The translations under genes and the position numbers were made by a program. The notes below the pieces were generated by a model, which worked only from the letters and a program-made list of their open reading frames with translations, ran no database searches and had not been told where the DNA came from. Below are positions 1-13,079 of a stretch of DNA of 64,000 nt, one piece after another. Origin of the DNA: Chiloscyllium plagiosum (Eukaryota); NCBI RefSeq assembly GCF_004010195.1, contig NC_057752.1, forward strand, positions 6,445,956 to 6,509,955. The letters are read 5' to 3'. Positions within the stretch are counted from its first letter, which is position 1; each line of letters opens with the position of its first letter.

Positions 1-222
1 AAGGGTGTAAGGTATAGGGGAGATGTCAGGGGTGGGTTCTTTACCCAGAGAGTGGTGGGGGTATGGAATGCGTTGCCTGTGGGAGTGGTAGAGTCAGAAT
101 CTTTGGTGACCTTTAAGCAGCAATTGGATAGGTACATGGATGGGTGCTTAAGCTAGGACAAATGTTCGGCACAACATCGTGGGCCGAAGGGCCTGTTCTG
201 TGCTGTATTATTCTATGTTCTA
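1..222 (+). mobile_element. CR1/HER1-like LINE 3' end
   Basis: RT C-terminal (F.TQRVV..WN.LP) sequence followed by the gggccgaagggcctgt hairpin and a (ttctatg)n tail. Confidence 0.85.
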
Positions 223-403
223 TGGTGCTGGAAGAGCACAGCAGTTCAGGCAGCATCCGAGGAGTAGTAAAATCGACGTTTCGGAAGGGCTTTTGCCCGA
301 AACATCAATTTTACTGCTCCTCGGATGCTGCCTGAACTGCTGTGCTCTTCCAGCTCCACTAATCCAAAATCTGGTTTCCAGCATCTGCAGCCATTGTTTT
401 TAC
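223..403. mobile_element. Penelope-like element terminal fragment, fold-back palindrome
   Basis: gctggaagagcacagcagttcaggcagcatccgaggag followed by its reverse complement; same family as the terminus of the GIY-YIG element at 42386-43275. Confidence 0.75.
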
Positions 404-1080
404 CTCTCTTCTCTTGTGCTTTGTGCTCCTATTAATGAAGCCTAGAACACTGTATGCTTTATTAACTCCTCTCCCTCTCTTTAATGGCCTCTGCACAAAT
501 ACACCTGGTCTCTCTGCTCCTGTACAGTCTTCAGAGAAAAGTCTTTTATTTAATACTGTCTCCACTTCTTTTGTAACAAAATGTATTACATCACACTTCT
601 CTGCATTGATCTTCATCTGGCACTTATCCACCCCATGCACCAACTTCTTAGTGTCCTTTTGAAGTTCTATATACTGTCCTCCTCACAGATTACAATTCTC
701 CCAAGTTTTGTATTGTCCACACACTTTGAAATTGTTCCCTGCACATGAAGCTCTGGATATTTTATATCACAGACAGAAAGGGAGCCAATACTAACCTCTT
801 GGGAACTCCACCACAAACCTTCTTCTAGCCCAAAGGTTACCCATTAACCATTACTCTGTTTCCTTAGCCAATTTTGTATCCATGTTGTCACTGTTCTTTT
901 TATTCCATGCGCATTACTTTTCTTACTAGTTTGTTGTGTGACACTGTATCAAATGCCTTTTGGAAGTCCATGTCTGCATATCAACAGCATGACCCTCACC
1001 AACCCTCCCTGTTATCTCTTCAAATAACTCCAGCAAGTTAGTTAGACACAGCATTTCCTTGAGAACTCCATGCTGATGTG
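404..1080 (-). mobile_element. Degenerate CR1-type LINE RT fragment
   Basis: ORF fragments MKINAEKCDVIHF, ..YSVLGFINRS, CLTNLLELFEEIT. Confidence 0.8.
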
Positions 1081-2678
1081 GCTGAACAGACCGCTTAAAT
1101 TGATGGATTTCTGAGAAATGGAAAATAAATGAGGCATGCTGCAAAATTGAAACAGGCCTTGGCCAAAAGTGACTGTGCTCAAAGATTCTAGAATAAACAT
1201 GCTGCATCACAAAATTACAAAATTGTTCTGATGCAGAGGAGGCTATTTGGCCCATCATGTCTGCATTAACTCTCAGCAGGCTGCAGCTGCAGACAGACAG
1301 TATGCAACTGATCCAGCAGCTGCAGACAATACAATGTACACTTGAATTGGAATTGAATAGAATCAACTTGAATGCCATCCCCAGGACAATTGGAAACATC
1401 AAGTTATTTACCAGACACAAGGCCTACTCTTATTTGGAGAGGCTACCTGACTTATGTGCGCCCAACGCCCTCAGGAATGGATGGCCAAGGTCCACCATGC
1501 CACCGACATGTCAACTCGTGGTTGAGTCTGATTGATCAGGGTGATCAAGCCCTGATCAATCTACTGGTAGACGTCAAAGACCCTCCCAAAAGGGCATGAA
1601 GACTTCTAAGTTTAAGAATCACTGCAACACTACCCTCAGGGTCAGTAATGCGAGACCAACCACCGTGAAGAGAACACACCCCTGGGTCCTTGGGGAGAAG
1701 AAGGCCAGACGATCATTGCTATGTAGATCAAGGCCAAAATCTAGTGTAGTGGTATATGATCATCCAGAGTTAAGTTAAAGTACTAGATAGTTGATCAGAT
1801 TTATAGTGTAAATTGTTAGTTTGTAGTATATTTTATTGTAATATTAATTGTGTTTAATAAATATTATCATTCATTATTATTCAGAGTTGACTCGCAGTTT
1901 TTTTGCTAGATATAAGAGTTAAAAATACACTATGTGGCACGCACAACACTGACCCCTCCGAATTAACCCATATTTTTCCATGTGAAGATTAATGCCATCC
2001 TGAATAATTGTTTCTAGAAGTTTCCCTCCTACCAAAGGTAAAATGACTAGTCAATATAGGAACAGGAGTAGACTATTCTGCCCCTTGAGCCTGTTCCACC
2101 ATCCTGTGTGATCATGGCTGATCTGTGGCCTAACTCCATATATCTGCCTTGGGCCCATATCCCTAAATACCTTTGCTTAAGAAAAATGTATCTATCTTAG
2201 ATTTAAAATTAACAACTGATCCTGCATCCAATGCTGTTTGTGGAAGAGAGTTCCAAATATCTACCACCCTCTGTGTGCAGAAGTGCTTTCAAACATCTCA
2301 GGTTAACATTCTGGCCCTAATTCTCAGACTATGCCCCTAATTCTAGAATCCCGAACCAATGAAAACAGTTTACCTTTATCTACTTTGTCTTTACCTTGTT
2401 AATATCTTGAAGTCTTTGATCAGATCATCCCTTAACCTTCAAAACACATCCATGTCTCAATCCCCTTTTTGGTTCTTTATGGCTCTATCAATTGAGGTTG
2501 GAAGTGTGGGTGATGTGTGAGCAGGTCAGTGGACATGGATCCCAGAGAGAGGGAGAGATATGAAAAGGTTAGGTAAACAAAGACATTATGGTTAGTAGAC
2601 TAGGATAGAATCTGAATGTGATAATAAGAGCTAAATGTCAGTGAGAATGGGTGAGCTGTACTGAAAGCAACCCATATA

Positions 2679-2791
2679 CAGAATAACCTCGATTATCCGA
2701 GCATCAATTATCTGAATTTCAGATTATCTGAACAAGATCTCAAGGTCCCGTAAAAACTCTATCCATTATCCGAACAATCCGTTATCCGAAC
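2679..2791 (+). mobile_element. Tc1-mariner/Tigger-like DNA transposon end fragment
   Basis: ta-cagaataacctcgattatccga followed by several subterminal ttatc(c/t)gaa repeats, typical of pogo/Tigger ends; no second end seen. Confidence 0.5.
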
Positions 2792-2869
2792 TCTCAGATG
2801 TCTGAAGGGCTTTTGCCCGAAATGTCGATTTTGAAGCTCCTTGGATGCTGCCTGAACTGCTGTGCTCAT

Positions 2870-5800
2870 CCATGTCGTCCAGACATCCTAAATTGATCTA
2901 GTCCCATTTGCCAGCACTTGCCCCATATCGCTCTTAACTCGACCTATTCATATACACATTCAGATGCCTTTTAAATATTATAATTGTACCAGCCTCCACC
3001 ACCTCCTCTGGCAGCTCATACCATACAAGCTCCACCCTCTGCGTGAAAATGTTGCCCCTTAGGTCACTTTTAAATTTTTCCCCTCTCACCCTAAATTTGT
3101 GCCCTCTTGTTCTGGACTCCCCCACACCAGAGAAAAGACCTTGTCCATTTACCCTATCCAGGCCCCTCATGATTTTATAAACCTCTATAAAGGTCACCCC
3201 TCAGCCTCCAACACTCCAGGGAAAACAGCCCCAGCCTATTCAACCTCTCCCTATAGCTCAAATCCTCCAACCCTGGCAACATCCTTGTATATCTTTTCTG
3301 AACCCTTTCATGTTTCACAACATCTTTCTGATAGGAAGGAGACCAGAATTGCACACATTATTCCAAAAGTGGAGTAACCAATTGTCCTGTACAGCCACAA
3401 CTCCTATACTCAATACTCTGACCAATAAAGGAAACCATACCAAATGCTTTCTTCACTATCCTAGCTACCTGAGACTCCATTTTCAAGGAACTATGAACCT
3501 GCACTCCAAGATCTCTTTGTTCAGCAACACTCCCCAGGAGGTTACCATTAAGTGTATAAGTCCTGCTCTGATTTGCCTTTCCAAAATGCAGCACTTCAGC
3601 GCATTGGCCCATCTGATCAAGATCCCATCGTACTCAGAAGTAATCTTCTTCGTTGTCCACAACACCTCCAGTTCTGGTATCATCTGCAACCTTACTAACT
3701 ATACCTCTGATGCTCACATCCAAATCATTTATATAAATGACGAAAAGTAGTGGACCCATCACCGATCCTTATAGCACACCACTGGTCACAGGCCTCCAGT
3801 TTGAAAGGCAATCCTCCACCACCACCCTCTGTCTTCTACCTTCAAGCCAGTTCTGTATCCAAATGGCTAGTTTTCTCTTAACTCCATGAGATTGAAGTCG
3901 AGTGGAAAAGCACAGCAGGTCAGGCAACTTCTGAGGAGCAGGAGAATTGATGTTTCGGGCATCAGCCCTTCATCAGGACTGAGACCTAACCTTGCTAACC
4001 TGTCTACCATGAGGAACCTTGTCGAACGCCTTATGAAGTCCATATAGATCACGTCCATCGCTCTGCCCTCATCAATCCTCTTTGTTACTTCTTCAAAAAA
4101 CTCAATCAAGTTAGTGAGACATGATTTCCCATGCACAAAGCAATGCTGACTATCCCTAATTAGTCCTTGCCTTTCCATGTAAATCCTGTCCCTGAGGATA
4201 CCCTCCAATGACTTTCCCACCACCGATGTCAGGCTCACCAGTTGCTAGTTCCCTGGCTTTTCCTTACCACCTTTCTTAAATGGTGGCACACGTTAGCCAA
4301 CCTCTCGTCTTCCGGCACCTCACCTGTGACTATCGATGATACAAGAATCCTAGCAAGGGCCCAGCAACCACTTCCCTAGCTTCGCACAGAATTCTAGGGT
4401 ATTTATCCTTTTATGTGTTTCAAGACATCCAGGATCTCTTCCTCTGTAATGTGGACATTTTTCAAGAGGTTACCATCTATTTCCCCACAGTCTGTATCTT
4501 TCATGTCCTTCTCCATAGTAAACACTGATGCAAAATACTCGTTTAGTATCTTCCCCATCTCCTCCGGTTCCACACATAGGCTGTCTTGCTGATCTTGAGG
4601 GGCCCTATTCTCTCCCTAGTTACCCTTTTGTCCTTCATGTATTTATAAAATCCCTTTGGATTCTACTTAACCCAATTTGCCAAAGCTATCTCATGTCCCC
4701 TTTTTGCCTTCCTGATTTCCCTCTTAAGTATACTCCTTCTGCCTTTATACTCTTCTAAGGATTCACTCAATCTCTGCTGTCTATACCTGACATATGCTTC
4801 CTTCTTTTTCTTAACCAAAACCACAATTTCTCTAGTCATCCAGCATTCCCTGCACCTACCAGCCGTGCCTTTCATCCTAACAGGAATATACTGTCTCTGG
4901 ACTCTCGTTATCTCATTTTTGAAGGCTTCCCATTTTGCAGCGGTCCCTTTACCTGAGAACATCTGCCCCCAATCAGCTTTTGAAAGTTCTTGCCTAATAC
5001 CATCAAAATTGGCCTTCCTTCAATTTAGAGCCTCAACTTTTAGATCCGGTCTATCCTTTTCCATCACTATTTTAGAATTAGTAGAATTATGGTCGCTGGC
5101 CCTAAAGTGCTCCCCGACTGAGACCTCAGTTACTTGCCTTGCCTTATTTCCCAAGAGTAGGTAAAGTTTTGCACCTTCTCTAGTTGGTACATCCACATAC
5201 TGAAACAGAAAATTTTCTTGTACACACTTAACAAATTCCTCTCCATCGAAGCCCTCGTCACTATGGCAGTTTGGACTGGGGCTGTTTTCCCTAGAGCATC
5301 GGAGGCTGAGAGGTGACCTTATTAGAGGATAGGATAAATAGACAAGATCTTTTCCCTGGTGTGGGGGAGTCCAGAACTAGAGGGCATAGGTTTAGCGTGA
5401 GAGGGGAAAGATATAAAAGGGACCTAAGGGGCAACTTTTTCACACAGAGGGTGGTGCATTTATGGAATGAGCTGCCAGAGTAAGTGGTAGAGGCTGGTAC
5501 AATTATAGCATTTATGGCATTTAAAAGGCATCTGGATGGGTATATGAATTGGAAGGGTTTAGAGTGATATGGACCAAGTGCTGGCAAATGGGACTGGGTT
5601 AGGTTAGGATATCTGGTCAGCATGGACAAGTTAGACCATGCTGTACATCTCTATGACTCTGTCCTTAGTTCCAGTGTGTACAGTGATCTCCTGCTAGTCC
5701 CTGTCTCCTTTGAGAACATTCTGCACCTTCTCTGAGATATTCTTGATTCTGGCACCAGGGAGGCAACACACCATTCTGATTTCTCAGTGCCGGCTGCAGA

Positions 5801-6860
5801 AATTCTGTGCCTTTGACTGGAGAGTCCCCTATCACAAACGATCGCTTGGCACCTGACATACCTCTCACTACATTAGAGCCATTCTCGGTACCAGAAACTT
5901 GGCTGTTTCTGCTACATTCCCGAGAGTCCATCACCCCCTACATTTTCCAAAACAGCATACCTGTTTGAGATGGGGATAGCCACAGGAGACTTCTGCACTA
6001 CCTACCTCCCTCTCCTACCTTTCCTGGAGTTTGTCCATCCACCTGACTGTATCTGCGGCTTTTCTCTCTTCCTATAACTGCCTTCCATCATATCCCCTAG
6101 CTCCTGTAAATTCCTTATTGCCTCTAACTGCCACTCCAACTGATCCATGCATGGTTATAGGATTCGCAGCCAAAGACACTTCCTACAGACATAATCATCA
6201 GTAACATGGAAACTCTCCCTGAACTCCCACATCCGACAGGAAGAGCACATCACTCTACTAAATAATTTGTTCCTTCTCAATGTACAGATCCAGAAACTAA
6301 CAATAGAACTTTTCTTATTGTTCTAAAAGAACACTGCTCCAGGCTAATTTAGTACTTATGGTTTATATTATTAAAATTTAATCAAGAGACAGATCTCATC
6401 AAGAAAGAACCCCTTCTACTCACTATTGTAGATCTACAACAAGGTTACACTCAAAACCCATGCACTTATCTGATACTGTGCTGTGAGCTGCCCCACACAG
6501 ATTCCGCCAAGGTCAGCTGTGAATTTTGCTGTTGTTAACTTTTCTTGGACGCACTCCAATGTCCAGAGATATTTGAACTCAAACAGCAAAGGCGGTAACT
6601 GTGCAGATTCACTCTGTGTCAAACAACAATATAGGGTTTTTTTCTGACCATGTGGTCGCTGCCTTTGTCTGTCTTCCTCCTTTTTAAAGTGCCATTGTTT
6701 TGATCTTTTTACCCCCAAAGTTCCATACAGTGCAACAGCTTATAAAACAGTAATTGCTGCTCTTGGAATTTGAGGAAATCATCTCCAACACCCAAAATAC
6801 CTCAAAAAAAAAAGCAGATCTTCCAGCCACAATCTTTTCCCCGTCCTCCATCATGGATTA
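2870..6860 (-). mobile_element. Long decayed CR1 LINE (5' UTR, ORF1 SGNH-esterase remnant, ORF2 RT, 3' end), interrupted by an opposite-strand CR1 3' fragment (about 5271-5660) and a Penelope fragment (about 3895-3978)
   Basis: ORF fragments FVIGDS, WEAFKNEITRVQ, SLTSVVGKSLEGILRDRI...KSCLTNLIEFFEEVT, IEVYKIMRGLDRVN; multiple frameshifts. Confidence 0.85.
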
Positions 6861-6889
6861 CCTTCGCTGCTTAATAAAAAATCGTAAGG

Positions 6890-7925
6890 AATAAGACCAT
6901 AAGATATCGGAGCAGAAATTGGTCATTCTGCCCATTGAGTCAGCTCCGATATATAATGCGATCATGGCTGATCCGATAATCTTCAATTCCACTTTCCTAC
7001 CTATTCCCAATCACCCTCAATTCCCTTGTTGATCAAAAATCTGTCTATCTCAGCCTTGAATAATGACCTAGCCTCAACAGCCATCTATGGTAAATAGTTA
7101 AACAGATTCACTACTCTCTGAAATAAGAAATTCCTCCTAATTTAAGTGTCTTAAATGTACAAAGGCTTACATTGAGTTTACATCCTCTCGTGCAAGACTC
7201 TCCTAAAAGGTGAAACAACCACTCCACATCTACCCTCTCAAATCTCCTACGAATCATGCATGTTTCCATAAGATTGCCTCTCATTCTTCTATTTGAACGA
7301 GTACAGGCCAAACTACTCAACCTTGCCTCATAAGTCCCTCCTTACTTAATATCAGCTTAGTGAGCCTTCTCTGGATTGCCTCTAATGCCAGTGCATCTTT
7401 CTGTCGATAAGAGGCCCAAAACTTCACAGATTTACATCTGTAGTCTGAGTAGTGCCTTCTACAGTTTCAGCAAAACTGCATTATTTTGACACTCCATTCC
7501 CTTCAAAATAATAGCCAACATTCCATTTGCTTTCCCTTTTACCCACAATTTGGATGCTAGCTGTTTCTGATTCATGGACGAGGACTCCCAAATTCTTGTG
7601 TTCCCTAGCTTTCTGCGTCTTCATTAAGTAATATTCACCTCCTCTATTCTTCCTGCCAAAGTGCATGACCTCACATTTCTCCCACATTATATTCCACCTC
7701 AAACCTTTTGCTCACTTGCTTAACCTATCCATATCTGTCTGCAGACTTCATATCATCCTCACCACTTGCCTTCCCACTTATCTTTGTGTCATCTGCAAAC
7801 TTGACTATTATACATTCACTTTCTTCATCCAAGTCATTAATATAGATTGTAAATAATTATGGCACCAGCACTGATCTCTGTGGCACTCCACTAGCTATAG
7901 GTTGCCATCCTGAAAATGCCTCTGT
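6890..7925 (-). mobile_element. CR1-type LINE 3' portion (older subfamily)
   Basis: EKCEVMHFGRKN and RRMRGNLMET fragments; ataag-type tail near 6890. Confidence 0.8.
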
Positions 7926-7939
7926 TATCAATAGTGCTA

Positions 7940-9670
7940 TCAAGTAGCACCTGCTGAGCAACAACCTGCTCACTGACACCCAGTTTGACCTCTTCCTGGG
8001 CCAATTACCTCCTGACCTAATTATAGCCTCGGTTCAACATGGACAAAAGAGCTGAATTTCAGCATAAGAGACTGACAACCCTTGACATCAAAGCTTAAAA
8101 ATGTGTTGCTGGAAAAGCGCAGCAGGTCAGGCAGCATCAAAGGAGCAGGAGAATCGACGTTTCGGACATAAGCCCTTCTTTTCCTGATCTCCAGTATCTG
8201 CAGTCCTCACTTTCTCCTAGTTGATTTTAACCCTTGACATCAAGGCTGCATTTGACCACGTGTGGAACCCCTGGAAAACTGGAACCAATGGGTATCGGGG
8301 GCAAATACTTTGCTGGTAGGAGTCATACCTGGCGTATAGAAAAATGTGTATGGTTGCTGGAGGTCAGTCACCTCAGATCCTGATGAAGAACTTATGCCTG
8401 AAATGTCAACTCTCCTGCTCCTCAGATGCTGCTGAACCGGCTGTGCTTTTCCAGTGCCACACTTTTTGATTCCGATCCAGGACAACTCCGCAAGAGTTCG
8501 TCAGGGTAGTGACCTTGGCCTAACCATCTTCAGCAGCTTTATCAACGACCTTCCTTCCATCATAGGGTCAGAAGTAGGGAAGTTTGATGATGTCTGCACA
8601 ATGTTCAGCACCATTCGCGATTCCTCAGATACTGAAGCAGTCCATGTTCAAAGGCAACAAGATTTGAAAAATATCCAGGCTTGGTCTGACAAATGGAAAG
8701 TAACATTCACACCACACAAATGCCAGGCTATGACCATCTCTAATAAGAAACAATCTAACTACTGCTCCTTGACATTCAATGGTGTTACCATGGCTGAATT
8801 CCCCATTGACAATATTCTAGGGCTTACCATGACTAGGAACTCACCTGGAATTGCCACTTAAATTCAATGGCTATAACAGCAGGTCAGAGACTAGGAATGC
8901 TGACTCCCCAAAGCATATCCACCTCTACAAGGCACAAGTCAGGATTGTGATGAAATATTCTCCACTTGCCTGGATGGGTGCAGTTCCAGTAACACCCAAG
9001 AAGCTTGACTCATCCAGAACAAAATAGCACACTTCATCACAAACATCCATTCCCTCCACATTGATGCTCAGTAGCTGCACTGTGTACTATCTCCAAGATG
9101 CACTGCAGAAATTCACCAAAGATCCTTAGACAGCACCTTCCAAATCCACAACTATTTCCATCTAGAAGGACAAAGGGAGCAGATACTTGGGACTTGATAA
9201 AGTGTGGCACTGGAAAAGGCACAGCAGGTCAGGCAGCATCCGAGGATCAAGAGAGTCGATGTTTCGGGCAGAACCCTTCAGGCCTGAAAAAGGGTCCTGC
9301 CCGAAACATCGACTCTCTTGCTCCTCGGATGCTGCCTGACCTGTTGTGCCTTTCCCACTGCCATGCTTTATCAACTCTGATTTCTCCAGCATCTGCAGTC
9401 CCCATTGTCTAGCAGATATGTGGGAACACTAAACTCCCCTCCAAGCCACTCACCATCCTGATTTGGAAATATGTCGCCGTTCCTTGACTGTCACTGGGTC
9501 AAGATTGTGGAATTCCCCCCCCCCCCAACGGCATTGCGAGTGTACCTACAGCGCATGGAGTTCAGCAGTTCAAGAAGACAGCTCACCACTAATTTCTCAA
9601 TGATGACAAGGGATGGGCAATAAGCATTGGACAGCCAGCGGTACCTATGTCCCATGAGTGAACAAATAAA
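7940..9670 (+). mobile_element. CR1/L2-superfamily LINE fragment with nested Penelope-derived insertions (about 8092-8228, 8379-8470, 9193-9410)
   Basis: ORF 8454-8861 GSDLGLTIFSSFINDLP...KFDDVCT...WSDKWKVTFTPHKC; 15-bp duplication aacccttgacatcaa at 8077-8091 and 8229-8243 brackets one nested insertion. Confidence 0.8.
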
Positions 9671-10404
9671 GCAATAAACCCTTAATAGGGATCTCATCAT
9701 TGCCTTGCAAGAATCCTATCTTGATGTCTTGAATTTTGTTGTAAAATGCAGTTAGTTGCTCCCAATTCAAGAAAAGCCATGTCTGACAGCTCTCACAATT
9801 CTCCCAGGTTTCTCGCCATAGCCCATGTTGTTCAGAGCCATGTAAGATTCAGCCCAGTGTATTTAAAGGAAATGTATGAATTAAATGAACATGTGGTACT
9901 GGGGCATCAATGATGCATTCAAACCTAAAGGTTGTGTAGATGGTATCAATCACTCTGGCAGACACTGCATGCTCCCTCTACAGGGATGGCCAGGCACAAT
10001 CATAGGCAGAGAATGGAGGATGGCTCGAAGTTAGGTCAAATGACCTTCTTGCTGCCAGGACTTGTGGATGGACAGCATGGATTGTTCAGCTTTATTCTTG
10101 TTAGACAGTTTGGCTTGAAAGGTGGAGTATTTCTGAAGGGCCTTTGTAAAGATTTGGGGCAATGGGGATGGGGCTTCTCAGATATAGAAACAGTACAGTA
10201 TTAGGTGTTGGGTCTCAGAATTGGTAGGGATGCTGAGACTTTAACAATAGTGGCTGGAGGATCTATTGACATAGGGACAATCCTGGGATCTAGCAGAACT
10301 GGAGTGGTGGACAGTGCAGGATCTGACAAGAGAGTATCCCAAAACCAGTTGGCATTAGTCGGTGGAAATGGATAGGCCTGGCAGTATAAATTAAACTCTT
10401 GTAA

Positions 10405-10822
10405 GGGAGAGGTTGAATAGGCTAGAACGTCGGAGGCTGAGGGGTGACCTTATAGAGGTTTATAAAATCTTGAGCGGTGTGGATAGGATAAATAGACAAA
10501 GTCTCTTCCCTGCGGTGGGGGGAGTCCAGAACAAGGCATAGGTTTAGGGTGAGAGGAGAAAGATATAAAAGAGACCTAAGGGGCAACGTTTTCACGCAGA
10601 GGGTGGTATGTTTATGGAATGAGCTGCCAGAGGAAGTGGTGGAGGCTAGTACAATTGCAACATTTCAAAGGCATCTGGATGGGTATATGATTAGGATGGG
10701 TTTAGAGAGATATGGGCTGGGTGCTGGCAGGTGGGACTAGATTGGGTTGGGATATCTGGTCGGCATGGACGAGTTGGACCGAAGGGTTTGTTTCTGTGCT
10801 GTACATCTCTATGACTCTATGA
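10405..10822 (+). mobile_element. CR1 LINE 3' fragment
   Basis: RGERYKRDLRGNVFTQRVVCLWNELPEEVVEA and the ctctatgactctatga tail. Confidence 0.88.
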
Positions 10823-10899
10823 TAACAACTGCCCTTCTATCACCATGCTTTTGTCAGTGACAAACCATAACTCCCTCTAATTAAGTGTTTCATTGACTT

Positions 10900-11310
10900 A
10901 GTTTATAGCATTCTCACCCAAGCCAAAAGGTTCTGCGTTCAAGCTTAACTCCAGAACTTGAGCACGTGATCTAGGCTGACACTTCAGTATAGCACCAAAA
11001 GCGTGCTCTGCTTTTGGAGATGCCATCAGATATGACATCAGTTGGAGGCCTTGACTGCTCTTAGGTAGACATAAATGATCCTGTAGCTCTGTTTGAAGAA
11101 AAGAATTCTCCTGGTGTTGTGCCCAATAGTTATTCCTCAACTAACATCAACAGAAATAGATGAATTTCTTCAGTTACTGATTGTAGAACATTCCTGCGTA
11201 CAAACTGGCTGCTGTTTCCTTACAAAACATGTGACTGAAAAAGATAGTCAGCTGATTGTAAAGTGTTCTAGGATGTATTGAGCAGGTGATAAGGCACTAT
11301 ATAAATACAC
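10900..11310 (+). mobile_element. Old tRNA-derived DeuSINE (SacSINE1-like); related copies at about 22050-22460 (-), 37930-38270 (-) and 56725-57090 (+)
   Basis: gttcaag...ccagaacttgagcac...ctaggctgacacttcagt head and ...gaagaa...ctggtgt...ccaata.ttat.cctcaac core; family assigned from memory of the consensus. Confidence 0.55.
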
Positions 11311-12403
11311 CTCCTTTCTCTTTACTTCCATACTTTGCAATCCCCTCTACCATTGCTCGAACAGGCCAATTGATGTGATCCTTGTACTGCCACATCAGAA
11401 GTCCATCAACCCATTACTGTCTCATCTTATCTCAGCACCTCTCTCACTGCTTCCATGCCATAGCCTCTTTTACTGCTGTCTTGCCATGGTGCCTCCTTTT
11501 CAGTGGTCCTAATCACTGCTGCAAACCCATCCTGGATTCTCCCAGACTCCTGGTCAACATTCCCACAACTCTCAACCTTATCAACAGAACTCTGCCCCCA
11601 CCTTGCAGAACAACTGTCTCAGCTTTCCCCCAGTTCAACACCCATCGTTCCACTGATCTATTTGCAACCTGGAAATCTTTGCTACCATTTTATGTTCTAC
11701 TACCATTTTACTCTCTTTTCGAGGTCTTGAACAAATGTGAGAGATAAAACTGCCTGTGATTAAATTAAGTTTTAAGTAGTAATCGTAACCATTGATTTGC
11801 ATGCAAACATGGACTGAATCAAGGCGGACTATGTTGGAACATGTGCTCATGCTCACTATCTCAATTTGCACACAATGAATTACTATACTGGAACCCAAGG
11901 ACTATGCTCCAGCTAATGTGAGGGCCAACTCTATGGCTTCTTCTCCCTAGAGACTAAGAATTGGTGACCTCAGTAGATTTGCTGTGTGTACAAAGCATTA
12001 AGACTCTTTTCTCCTCACTCCCCCAACTCTTTGTAGAGAATTAGTGGCATGATCCTATGTTTTACTATCCTATAGAACATTTCCATTCTAATTGTTTCTG
12101 TTAATTCCTTGTTCTGGTGCAGGACAATGCCTCTTTACAATAGTCTTTGTCATGTACTTTTGTTCTGTGGGTCAAACTCCCCATTCCTCTTAGCATTTGT
12201 CTGCGAGCACTTCGTGAAATAAGTCTTATTTCCAAAAAATATAGTTTGCATATTAATTTTCCAAATCTTAATGAAGTCGATTCAGCCAGCAGATAGAAAT
12301 ATCACAATTACAGTCTAATAAATGAGGTGCAAAGTGAACTGATGGCTTTAATTAGTTGCTGTGCTTTTTAACTTCTAATTACACATATGTCAATCATGCT
12401 TCA

Positions 12404-12885
12404 CAGAAAGATTTACAAGGATGTTGTTAGGGTTGGAGGATTTGAGCTATAGGGAGAGGCAGAATAGGCTGGGTCTGTTTTCCCTCGAGCATCAGAGACT
12501 GAGGGGTGACCTTATTAGAGGTTTATAAAATCGTGAGAGGCATGGATAGAATAAATACACAATGTCTTTTCTCTGGTGTGGGGGAGTCCAGAACTAGAGG
12601 GCATGGGTTTAGGGTGAGGGGGGAAAGATATAAAAGGGACCGAAGGGGCAACGTTTTCACACAGAGGATGGTGTGTGTATGGAATTAGCTGCCAGAGGAA
12701 ATGGTGAAGGCTGGTACAATTACAACATTTAAAAGGCATCTGACTGGTTATATGAATAGAAAGGGTTTAGAGGGATATGGGCCAAGTACTGGCAAATGGG
12801 ACTAGATTAGGTTAGGATATCTGGCCGGCATGTACGTGTTGGACCAAAGGATGTGTTTCCATACTGTACATCTCTATGACTCTAT
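12404..12885 (+). mobile_element. CR1 LINE 3' fragment
   Basis: LEVYKIVRGMDRIN...TQRMVCVWN; ctctatgactctat tail. Confidence 0.88.
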
Positions 12886-13079
12886 CTAAACAGTGCAGTA
12901 TCAATACACAAGCACTGAACACCTGTTGGAGATCTCATTACAAATCTCTCTGACAAGAATAGAGACAAAGCTGCTGCACACAAAATCTGAATTGGATTAG
13001 ATAGGCGAGTTTTGTATCCTACGTTCAGCAATTATCTGACAAGACAATGGCATATCTCATTTTCTGACAGAACATCTTG

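Noticed and set aside
1270..1948. Possible solo LTRs here and at about 16155-16600 and 40096-41023 (AATAAA, ...aca ends)
   Set aside because: No paired LTR, PBS, internal coding sequence or clear TSD could be established by eye, so they are not reported as features.
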